DNA of 64,000 bases from Thermodesulfobacteriota bacterium (GTDB lineage Bacteria; Desulfobacterota; Desulfobacteria; Desulfobacterales; C00003060): NCBI GenBank assembly GCA_034189385.1, contig JAXHVD010000001.1, forward strand, positions 256,001 to 320,000, given 5' to 3'. Position 1 is the stretch's first letter; the number at the start of each line of letters is the position of its first letter. Positions 56,465 through 64,000 of this stretch are shown here, one piece after another. The position numbers were made by a program, and so were the translations under genes. Under the pieces are notes generated by a model that worked only from the letters and a program-made list of their open reading frames with translations, was not told where the DNA came from and did no database searches.

Positions 56465-59257
56465 ATGAGCCTCAAAACTGTAAAGGATAGGGACTTGAAT
56501 CGTAGCGATGTCAAGAACCCGGACGGAGGTGAGGTGTTGCCCAATGCGAGATTTTACCCCCGGGTCACGTTTGGTATCATCGTCCTCAACGGGGAACCGT
56601 TTTTGCAGTACAATCTGCGGGCCCTTTATCCATTTGCTCATCAGATTATTGTGGTGGAGGGTGCTTGTGTAGCAGCCGCTTCTCTAGCCACTTCAGACGG
56701 ACACTCAACGGATGGCACTTTAGAGAAACTCTGGGTATTTAAAGAAAAGGAAGATCCAGACAACAAACTTGTTATCGTTACGGCTGAAAATGAAGGTAGA
56801 CGGGATGGTTTTTGGAGCGAAAAGGATGAGATGTCCCAAGCCTATGCCCGGAGGGCTACTGGGGATTGGCTTTGGCAGGTAGACTATGATGAATTCTACT
56901 TGGAAAATGATATGGTTATAGTCTTGGAGATGTTACAATCAGACCCAGGCATAACAGCTGTGTCTTTTCCATATAAACAATTTTGGGGAGGATTTGACTA
57001 TTTGGAGACCGGCCAGTGGTTTATCTATGATCACCCGTGCTTCCATCGACTGTTCCGTTGGAGTCCAGGTTACCAGTACGTGAAGCATCGCCCTCCTACG
57101 GTAGTGGATGAAAGGGGGCGCGATTTGCGCACTCTAAAGTGGGTGTCCCATAAGCAAATGCGAGAGATGGGGATTTACCTTTATCACTATTCGTATGTTC
57201 TGCCGAAGCAGGCCCGGCAGAAAGTGGGATACTACACCCATGTGACTTGGTCTGATCATTATCGAGACAATGAGCGCTGGTTGAAGGAGGGTTATTATGG
57301 GCTTACCGACCCATATTTCATTGGTGAGGGCGGCCGGCGTATGCCACAATGGTTAGAACGCTATCGTGGTCCGCACCCAGCTGAGATTGTCAAGATGCGG
57401 GAAGATCTGCATACGGGCCAGGCCAAAGAGCCTCTACGCCCCCTCGAAGACATCGAGAAGCTATTGAGCTCCCCTCGGTATGCATTGGGACGGTGGGTTT
57501 TGCGAGCCTATCTATTTGTATTGTGGAACGCGAGACAGGTAGCGAGACGACTGAGAAGATTTCTAGCGCCTTTACTACACCCCGTATCTGGTTGGGTAGC
57601 GGAGAGCCCGTCAAGAAGGGATCCTCGCTTGATCTGGTACCAGATTCTTACCAAAGGGTTCAGGAAGGCAGTAATAGCACGCTACGATGCTATGTTCTAC
57701 GAGGCGCATGACGAGCTCAAGCCGGGCTATGCTAAATTGGCAGACCATATATATGATTGGGCCAAACCACGTTCAGCTTGTGATCTGGGATGCGGTAACG
57801 GGTTTCTGCTGTATTTCCTGGCTCAGAGAGGGGTGGAGGTTTTTGGAGTTGACGGGTCGCCTGATGTGTTAGACTTTGTTGATCAAAGCCTTCATGGGCG
57901 AGTTGCCGTTGCTAGCTTGACTTCCCGACAAGACTTCGGTGTGAACGATTTAGCTATTTCCACCGAGGTTGCGGAGCACCTTCCCAAGCGAGCCTCACGA
58001 GCCTTTGTTGACAACATAGTCCGCAGTGCTCGCAAGCATATTGTCTTTGCCGCTGCTCGTCCGGGCCAATGGGGCGATGGGCATATCAATTGTCAACCAC
58101 GAGGGTTCTGGATTAAGCTATTCATGGAACGAGGTTGGGTCTATGATCACCAGGCTACTGAAGCGTTTGTAAGCAAAGTGAATAACACGTCGGAAATTGT
58201 AAAAACATTACCATGGATGCTTGACAACTTTATGCTGTTTGGGCGGAGATGTACTTCTCCGTACAACGGTCAGCAACAAAGAAAGCCTGCCGTGGATCGG
58301 TTTCATATAGTTGTGTCAAACTATAAGCGTATTTCATGCTTTGTTGACAACTTCCGCCGGATTCAAGGCTTCGACAGGCGGCGCGACCGGGTGATTATAT
58401 TTGACTGCTCGCCAGATCCAGACTGGCAGGAGCAGTTGGCCATTGCAGAAAGTCTGACTTTTCTTGGACTACGATGGGGAGAAAATCTCTATTTCATCCG
58501 GCGGAGGAACTGGAATGTGAACCACGGGGCGCAACTGGATTACTTCCGATGTCTGATAGACCAAAGTATTCCGAAACCCGAATATGCTGCGTTCATGCAA
58601 GACCACTATCTGGACTTGAAGCGCTTCGTAAAAGAGGACACGATTCCTGAGAATGCAGTGTATGATTTGGATCAAGTAGAGGCTAAGTTCCGATCCGACC
58701 CCGATATCGGCTGTGCTTTTTTCAGCCGGTATGGCATTCGAGTTAGCACTTCCAGCCCTATATCGGATAAGGACTTCTGGGGCGACGGTGCGGAGCTGAT
58801 CCCTGGTGCGAAACGCAGATGGTTTCTCGTTGACGGTGGCAACTTTATCGTTCGTCCGCAATTATACCTGAATTGGTTCAAGGCACACCCACATAGGCTC
58901 ACACAGGGTTTCTATGTGCAGAACTGTTGGGAAGTCCGCCTGGGCAAGATTCTGTGTGATCAAGGAATTAAGTGGGCTGACATGTACCGAAATATCGAGT
59001 ATTCTACTATCGAGGACCTTGATGCCATCGAGGCATCGCGAGGAGAGAAGGTTTCGATGCTGTGGTATGACAATCGCGTATGGTTTTTCTTCGGTGGTCG
59101 TGACATGCAATCTTACCCACCTAAGCCTCTGATTCCGATATTGCGGTATTTTATGAGATACATTCGGGACTGGATCTTTCACTCAAGGGACAAACGGCTT
59201 AGGTTTGTGTGGCCTTCAGATTTAGAGTTTAATCCAGCCGAGGAGGTGAGATTATGA
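56465..59257 (+). CDS. three-domain fusion: GT2-like + SAM methyltransferase + GT-A-like domain
   Basis: IIVLNGE and QVDYDE; DLGCGNG, EVAEHL and GHINCQ; IVVSNY, FDCS and FMQD. Confidence 0.75.
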   Translation: MSLKTVKDRDLNRSDVKNPDGGEVLPNARFYPRVTFGIIVLNGEPFLQYNLRALYPFAHQIIVVEGACVAAASLATSDGHSTDGTLEKLWVFKEKEDPDNKLVIVTAENEGRRDGFWSEKDEMSQAYARRATGDWLWQVDYDEFYLENDMVIVLEMLQSDPGITAVSFPYKQFWGGFDYLETGQWFIYDHPCFHRLFRWSPGYQYVKHRPPTVVDERGRDLRTLKWVSHKQMREMGIYLYHYSYVLPKQARQKVGYYTHVTWSDHYRDNERWLKEGYYGLTDPYFIGEGGRRMPQWLERYRGPHPAEIVKMREDLHTGQAKEPLRPLEDIEKLLSSPRYALGRWVLRAYLFVLWNARQVARRLRRFLAPLLHPVSGWVAESPSRRDPRLIWYQILTKGFRKAVIARYDAMFYEAHDELKPGYAKLADHIYDWAKPRSACDLGCGNGFLLYFLAQRGVEVFGVDGSPDVLDFVDQSLHGRVAVASLTSRQDFGVNDLAISTEVAEHLPKRASRAFVDNIVRSARKHIVFAAARPGQWGDGHINCQPRGFWIKLFMERGWVYDHQATEAFVSKVNNTSEIVKTLPWMLDNFMLFGRRCTSPYNGQQQRKPAVDRFHIVVSNYKRISCFVDNFRRIQGFDRRRDRVIIFDCSPDPDWQEQLAIAESLTFLGLRWGENLYFIRRRNWNVNHGAQLDYFRCLIDQSIPKPEYAAFMQDHYLDLKRFVKEDTIPENAVYDLDQVEAKFRSDPDIGCAFFSRYGIRVSTSSPISDKDFWGDGAELIPGAKRRWFLVDGGNFIVRPQLYLNWFKAHPHRLTQGFYVQNCWEVRLGKILCDQGIKWADMYRNIEYSTIEDLDAIEASRGEKVSMLWYDNRVWFFFGGRDMQSYPPKPLIPILRYFMRYIRDWIFHSRDKRLRFVWPSDLEFNPAEEVRL

Positions 59258-59667
59258 ATGTGGAATCTGTCGACTACGATGGAATCAAATATGCCGAGAT
59301 CATATGGGCCGGCACTCAGGTGGACGAAACCACTTTCTTTTCGCCTCCTGAGTCTTCCTTTCAGTTTGGATTACTGGCGCACAAGGCGGGTTTTGTCGAA
59401 CCCGCTCACTATCATAAACCCATTACGCGCACGATCAAAGACCTCCAACAGATGTTTGTTGTCCAGCGTGGGGTTGTTGCGGTTCAATTGTATACCGATG
59501 ACGGCAACCTTTTACGTGAGATCGTGATGCAGCCTGGCGATGCGATTGTCTTGATTCATGGGGTACATGCTATTCGCGTTATTGAGGATATGCAGTGCAT
59601 TAGCGTCAAACAGGGGCCGTTCATGGGAACTAAAAACGACAAAATACTCGTTGAGGTCAAGAAATGA
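59254..59667 (+). CDS. cupin-fold protein
   Basis: AHYH, PGD, H and VKQGP.....DK. Confidence 0.7.
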   Translation: MNVESVDYDGIKYAEIIWAGTQVDETTFFSPPESSFQFGLLAHKAGFVEPAHYHKPITRTIKDLQQMFVVQRGVVAVQLYTDDGNLLREIVMQPGDAIVLIHGVHAIRVIEDMQCISVKQGPFMGTKNDKILVEVKK

Positions 59668-60785
59668 TTCCGGTATTTGAACCTCTAATTGACCGGCAAG
59701 AAATTGACGCTGTGGTTGCTGCATTAGAGCACGGCGAGATTTCAGGTACATTTGGCAAATCGATCCCTAACTTTGAACAAAAGTTTTCGGAGTATTGCGG
59801 CTGCAAATATGGCGTCGCAGTGAATAGTGGCACCTCTGGCCTACACCTTGCGGCAGCGGCGGCTGACATCGGGGCCGGTGATGAAGTCCTCGTCAGTGCA
59901 AGCACGAATATTGCCACCGCATTAGCAGCTGTCCACAATGGTGCCGTCCCGGTCCCCGTGGACTCAGAAAACGTGACTTGGAACCTTGACCTTGAGTTGA
60001 TCGAACGTCTGGTCACTCCTAATACCCGCGCCATAATACCCGTGCATCTTTTCGGGCACCCCGTAGACATGGATCGTCTTATGGAAATTGCCATACGACA
60101 TGACTTGGTCGTAATTGAAGACTGTGCAGAGTCCCACGGAGCTACCTGCCGTGGTAAGATGACGGGCGGCTTTGGCGATATGGGCTGCTTTAGCTTCTAC
60201 GCCAACAAGGTCATCACAACAGGTGAAGGGGGTATGGTAATAACGAACGACGAATCACTGGCTGAAAGGCTACGATTGTTGCGAAATTTGGCATTTACCA
60301 AGCCGCGTTTTCGGCATGAGGTGGCGGGCTATAATTACCGAATGACGGGTTACCAGGCAGCCATGGGATTAGCTCAATTGGGCAAAATCGATCACATTAT
60401 TCGTGAAAAGCGCCGTGTTGCCCGTACGTATAGCGACTACCTAAAAGACATTCGAGGTTTGCAATTGCCGGTGGAACTGGATTGGGCCAGAAATGTCCAT
60501 TGGATGTATGCTGTTGTAGTCAAACCGGAATTTGGAATGACGCGTGATCAATTGATGGAAGCTCTATGGGCCGACGGAATACAAACAAGAACCTTTTTCT
60601 GTCCGATGAGCCAGCAACCAGTTTTGCAGTCGTTGCCCGGCTTTCAGGATGTACCCACACCGGTGGCTGACCGGCTATGGGAGACCGGGCTGTATTTGCC
60701 CTCCTCCTGGAATTTGTCAGAGGAAATCATCAAGAATATTTCGGACAGGATTCGAGGAGCCTGTAGGGAAGGAAGAAAAGAATAG
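59664..60785 (+). CDS. DegT/DnrJ aminotransferase (perosamine synthase-like)
   Basis: MIPVFEP, EDCAESHG, FSFYANK.ITTGEGG and GYNYRM. Confidence 0.92.
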   Translation: MIPVFEPLIDRQEIDAVVAALEHGEISGTFGKSIPNFEQKFSEYCGCKYGVAVNSGTSGLHLAAAAADIGAGDEVLVSASTNIATALAAVHNGAVPVPVDSENVTWNLDLELIERLVTPNTRAIIPVHLFGHPVDMDRLMEIAIRHDLVVIEDCAESHGATCRGKMTGGFGDMGCFSFYANKVITTGEGGMVITNDESLAERLRLLRNLAFTKPRFRHEVAGYNYRMTGYQAAMGLAQLGKIDHIIREKRRVARTYSDYLKDIRGLQLPVELDWARNVHWMYAVVVKPEFGMTRDQLMEALWADGIQTRTFFCPMSQQPVLQSLPGFQDVPTPVADRLWETGLYLPSSWNLSEEIIKNISDRIRGACREGRKE

Positions 60786-60923
60786 CGTCTACTAATGTTG
60801 GATATTGTGTCATTGCATTCACTGAAAGCAAAGATACCTTTCTGCTGTTATAAGGTCATACCGTTGGGACGGGGATGGCATGTTTTTTGTTGGAAAAGGT
60901 GAGGAGTTAGATAGGAATTTCAG

Positions 60924-61688
60924 ATGAGTTCATACACTGGGCGGCATGCTGAACTTTACGACGTCTTTTACGCAGATAAGCCATACGAGGAGGAAGCGGC
61001 GTTCGTCCATCAATGCTTGCAAGAATATGGCATCGTGACAACACGAAGCGTACTTGAGTTGGCGTGCGGTACTGGCTCACATGCTCTGGCGCTTGAGAAA
61101 TTCGGCTACCAAATTGTTGCTACAGATTACTCAGAAGACATGTTGGCCCGAGCCCGGCGCAAAGCGGCCGAATTGGGTTCTTCCGTTGATTGTCAGTGGC
61201 AAGATATGCGTACGTTAGACGTTGCAGAGAGGCCGTTTGAGGCCGTGATTTGCCTGTTCGATTCGATAGGATACGTAAAGACTAACGAAGATATTACGAG
61301 AGTGCTTAAGGGGGTCCATCGACACCTCTGTCCGGACGGGCTGTTTATCTTTGAATTCTGGCATGCAGGTGCGATGTTGCCCGGTTACGAGCCTGTGCGT
61401 GTTCGCGAATGGGCCATGCCTGAAGGCAAATTTATTCGAATTTCACAAACAGAGTTGGACTGCGTACAACAGACAGCCACTGTCCAATATAGTGTTTATG
61501 AGTTACGTGATGATGGGACCTATGACAGTTTTGAAGAAACTCAGGTGAACCGGTATTTCCTCATTCAGGAAATGGCGGCTTTGCTCTCTTCTTGCGACTT
61601 CACGCCTCTCAAATGGTTCTCGGGATTCTCAGATAACGAAGAGATTGATGAAAACACCTGGCATGTGTTAGCGGTGGCGCGAAGGTGA
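60924..61688 (+). CDS. class I SAM-dependent methyltransferase
   Basis: YD..Y..K.Y..E, ELACGTG, DMR and CLFDSIGY. Confidence 0.88.
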   Translation: MSSYTGRHAELYDVFYADKPYEEEAAFVHQCLQEYGIVTTRSVLELACGTGSHALALEKFGYQIVATDYSEDMLARARRKAAELGSSVDCQWQDMRTLDVAERPFEAVICLFDSIGYVKTNEDITRVLKGVHRHLCPDGLFIFEFWHAGAMLPGYEPVRVREWAMPEGKFIRISQTELDCVQQTATVQYSVYELRDDGTYDSFEETQVNRYFLIQEMAALLSSCDFTPLKWFSGFSDNEEIDENTWHVLAVARR

Positions 61689-61737
61689 CGCTAGGGATTC
61701 CCTTTGGAAGGGTTTTCCAAGGAGCTGTATTGGTAGA

Positions 61738-62979
61738 ATGAAAGTCGGCGTATATTTGGATGACAGCACTCCTCAGGCGGGAGGCGGGCATGCGTTCCAG
61801 GATGACATATTTCAGGCCTTAGTTGAGCTTGCGGTTGAAAGCAAGCATTTTTTTGTGGTCTTTGGTGAAGGTCAACCTCGGCAATCCTTTATCAGACCTT
61901 CTCCAAACTTGGCGTTCGTTGATTTGTTGAAACTCCGGCGTAAACAGATGAAAAGACGGGTACGTATCAAATTGGCACGGGCCTATAATAGAATCGCCTT
62001 TGAACTTCCAGGGATGCCGCTTTTGAGTCGGGGCAGGTCAACGTGGATCGACCAACAGCTTTCAGATGTTGGCATCGATATCTTGTGGAACATTACGCCT
62101 CCCGGGATTCATCCGGACAACGTCCCTTTCATTTGCACGGTGCTTGACCTTCAGCATCGCCTCCAGCCATGGTTTCCTGAGGTCAGTACCGAGGGGATGT
62201 GGGGCTGGCGAGAAGCGCAGTACAGTCGTTTGCAGCGGGCAGCATTCGTCATCGTGGGGACTGAAACAGGTAAATCTGAAGTGATGCGATTCTATCAAGT
62301 GCCACAGGAACGGATCAAAGTGCTTCCTCATCCGACCCCTAATTTTGCTTTGCGAGAGAACCGATCTGGCCGAGAAGAAGATGATGAAGAAGTCATGCGG
62401 AGATACCAGATTTCACACGAATATTTGTTTTACCCGGCTCAGTTCTGGCCTCACAAGAACCACGTCAATCTGTTGCTGGCCTTACGTTACCTGCGGGATG
62501 CCTTCGGAATTGAGTATCATTTAGTTTTCGTGGGCTCGGACAAGGGGAATGAGTCTTATGTGAGATCTGTGGCTCAAAAGTTGGGCTTGCACTCGAACAC
62601 CCATTTTCTCGGCTTCGTGTCTCAGGAGGAGATGGTCTCCTTATATCGTCAGGCTTTTGCTTTGACGTACTTGACATTCTTTGGGCCTGAGAACCTTCCT
62701 CCGCTGGAGGCATTTGCCTTGGGATGTCCTGTAATAGCTTCAAGAGTTCCGGGAGCAGAAGAACAATTGGGTGGTGCAGCCCTGCTGGTAGATCCGAACA
62801 ATGTAGAGCAGGTCGCAAATGGGATCAAACAGCTCAGGGATGATTCTGATCTCCGGCAGGGACTGGTAACGCGGGGATATGCTCGAGCATCCAGTTGGAC
62901 TGGAGTGGATTTTGTTAGAAGTGTGTTTTCCATATTCGACGAGTTCGAGTCGGTACGGCGTTGCTGGTCGATGCACTAG
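61738..62979 (+). CDS. glycosyltransferase family 4
   Basis: DLQH..P.F, YPAQFWPHKNH and LPPLEAF. Confidence 0.9.
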   Translation: MKVGVYLDDSTPQAGGGHAFQDDIFQALVELAVESKHFFVVFGEGQPRQSFIRPSPNLAFVDLLKLRRKQMKRRVRIKLARAYNRIAFELPGMPLLSRGRSTWIDQQLSDVGIDILWNITPPGIHPDNVPFICTVLDLQHRLQPWFPEVSTEGMWGWREAQYSRLQRAAFVIVGTETGKSEVMRFYQVPQERIKVLPHPTPNFALRENRSGREEDDEEVMRRYQISHEYLFYPAQFWPHKNHVNLLLALRYLRDAFGIEYHLVFVGSDKGNESYVRSVAQKLGLHSNTHFLGFVSQEEMVSLYRQAFALTYLTFFGPENLPPLEAFALGCPVIASRVPGAEEQLGGAALLVDPNNVEQVANGIKQLRDDSDLRQGLVTRGYARASSWTGVDFVRSVFSIFDEFESVRRCWSMH

Positions 62980-62991
62980 CCTCCAATTCTT

Positions 62992-63915
62992 ATGGTAAGT
63001 CCAAGCCTTAGACAACTGCCCCCACCACCCCCCAACAAAAAGGGATGGCCGTGGACCGAGGAGAGTCCACAAGTTCCAGACGCCATGCCCGATTGTAGTG
63101 CCTGGCCGAAGATCAGCATCGTCACGCCTTCATACAACCAAGGGCGGTTTATCGAAGAAACCATTCGTTCCGTGCTCCTCCAGGGGTATCCCAACTTAGA
63201 ATATATGGTGATAGATGGAGGTTCAGATGACGGCAGTGTTGATATCATCCAAAAATACTCAGATCATCTCGCATTTTGGATAAGCGAATCCGATAAAGGA
63301 CAAGTTGACGCCATAAACAAAGGATTCGACGAGGCAACGGGTGCCATTTTCGGTTGGATCAATTCGGACGATTTTTACTATCCGGGGGCCTTTCATGTTA
63401 TTGCGAGAACCTTTCTTGACTGCCCTGACATGGCCCTTATTTACGGATACGAGGACAACGTAGATATCCGGGGCAGATTGATACAACCGGTCTTTCCAAC
63501 GGTTAGGGACGCACGCACGACCATGCTCTATTTTGCCCAGCCTCTGCCGCAGCTCGCTTGCTTCTGGCGAAGTGACGCACACCGAGCCGTTGGCGGACTG
63601 AACGAGGCCCTTCACTATCTGCTTGACTATGATTTCTTGCTTCGGTTGGCATATCGTTTTCCTTCTGCATACTTGCATTTGCGCGTTGGGGCTTTTCGCA
63701 AGTATCCCGAGCAGAAGACGCAAATGACCAAGCGGGTCATTTCTGAACAGTACACAGTCCTGGAGCAGTTTGTGAATGGGCTGGATATTCCGCCGTGGAA
63801 GCGGCAGTTGTTGAGATGCTGGCACCGGGCATTGCTCAGATGGAGATACAAGTTAGGCTTTCAGGGAGGTAAATCGGTGGCTCGAAGGCTGCACAAGATG
63901 GTTGCTTGGAGGTGA
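62992..63915 (+). CDS. glycosyltransferase family 2
   Basis: GWPW, ISIVTPSYNQG, DGGS.D and NSDD. Confidence 0.92.
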   Translation: MVSPSLRQLPPPPPNKKGWPWTEESPQVPDAMPDCSAWPKISIVTPSYNQGRFIEETIRSVLLQGYPNLEYMVIDGGSDDGSVDIIQKYSDHLAFWISESDKGQVDAINKGFDEATGAIFGWINSDDFYYPGAFHVIARTFLDCPDMALIYGYEDNVDIRGRLIQPVFPTVRDARTTMLYFAQPLPQLACFWRSDAHRAVGGLNEALHYLLDYDFLLRLAYRFPSAYLHLRVGAFRKYPEQKTQMTKRVISEQYTVLEQFVNGLDIPPWKRQLLRCWHRALLRWRYKLGFQGGKSVARRLHKMVAWR

Positions 63916-64000
63916 GATCCTTCAAATGGCGTCATAATTGGGCATAATAGGTTCTAACAAAGAAGCCGAGACGTCCCGGCATCGTGCCCGAGAGTGTCTC

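Noticed and set aside
56315..56468. Short frameshifted ORF-like stretch between genes
   Set aside because: Possible remnant but no recognisable family
1..64000. CRISPR array, tRNA-Sec, rRNA or DGR
   Set aside because: No regularly spaced repeat-spacer units, tRNA cloverleaf, rRNA or reverse transcriptase seen; four-helix genes alone do not make a DGR

Overview
Bacterial window, most consistent with a deltaproteobacterium (Desulfobacterota-like; inferred from gene content), almost all on the + strand. Four blocks: (1) ~1.5-27.2 kb, a Wzy/Wza/Wzc-type exopolysaccharide locus with an FkbH-ACP-GNAT module, GT2/GT4 glycosyltransferases, methyltransferases and amino-sugar genes. (2) ~27.7-42.5 kb, a selenium/sulfur-trafficking cluster. 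It has a structured leader with a UGA-containing uORF, a PhnD-like lipoprotein with an in-frame UGA plus SECIS-like hairpin (probable selenoprotein), YedE, DUF3343 and a ribokinase-fold protein. These are followed by a ubiquitin-like carrier ending in GG, a divergent JAB/MPN protein, an amino-acid dehydrogenase, two adenylosuccinate-lyase-like proteins, a ThiF/MoeB E1 and a signal-peptide-bearing TsaA. This is the best candidate for an undescribed pathway. (3) ~42.9-51.3 kb, secreted proteins (two with CFI-box C-termini), a nucleotidyltransferase pair, and a winged-helix regulator with a perfect palindromic operator. (4) ~52-64 kb, a Wzm/Wzt ABC-dependent polysaccharide locus. Superimposed are three four-helix-bundle genes, each boxed in by inverted arms of 7-nt-period repeats. 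Empty or orphan copies of such arms also occur, some read in frame inside enzymes, and there are three families of short MITE/REP-like repeats. No rRNA, tRNA or CRISPR array was seen. All family assignments come from motif recognition, not database searches.
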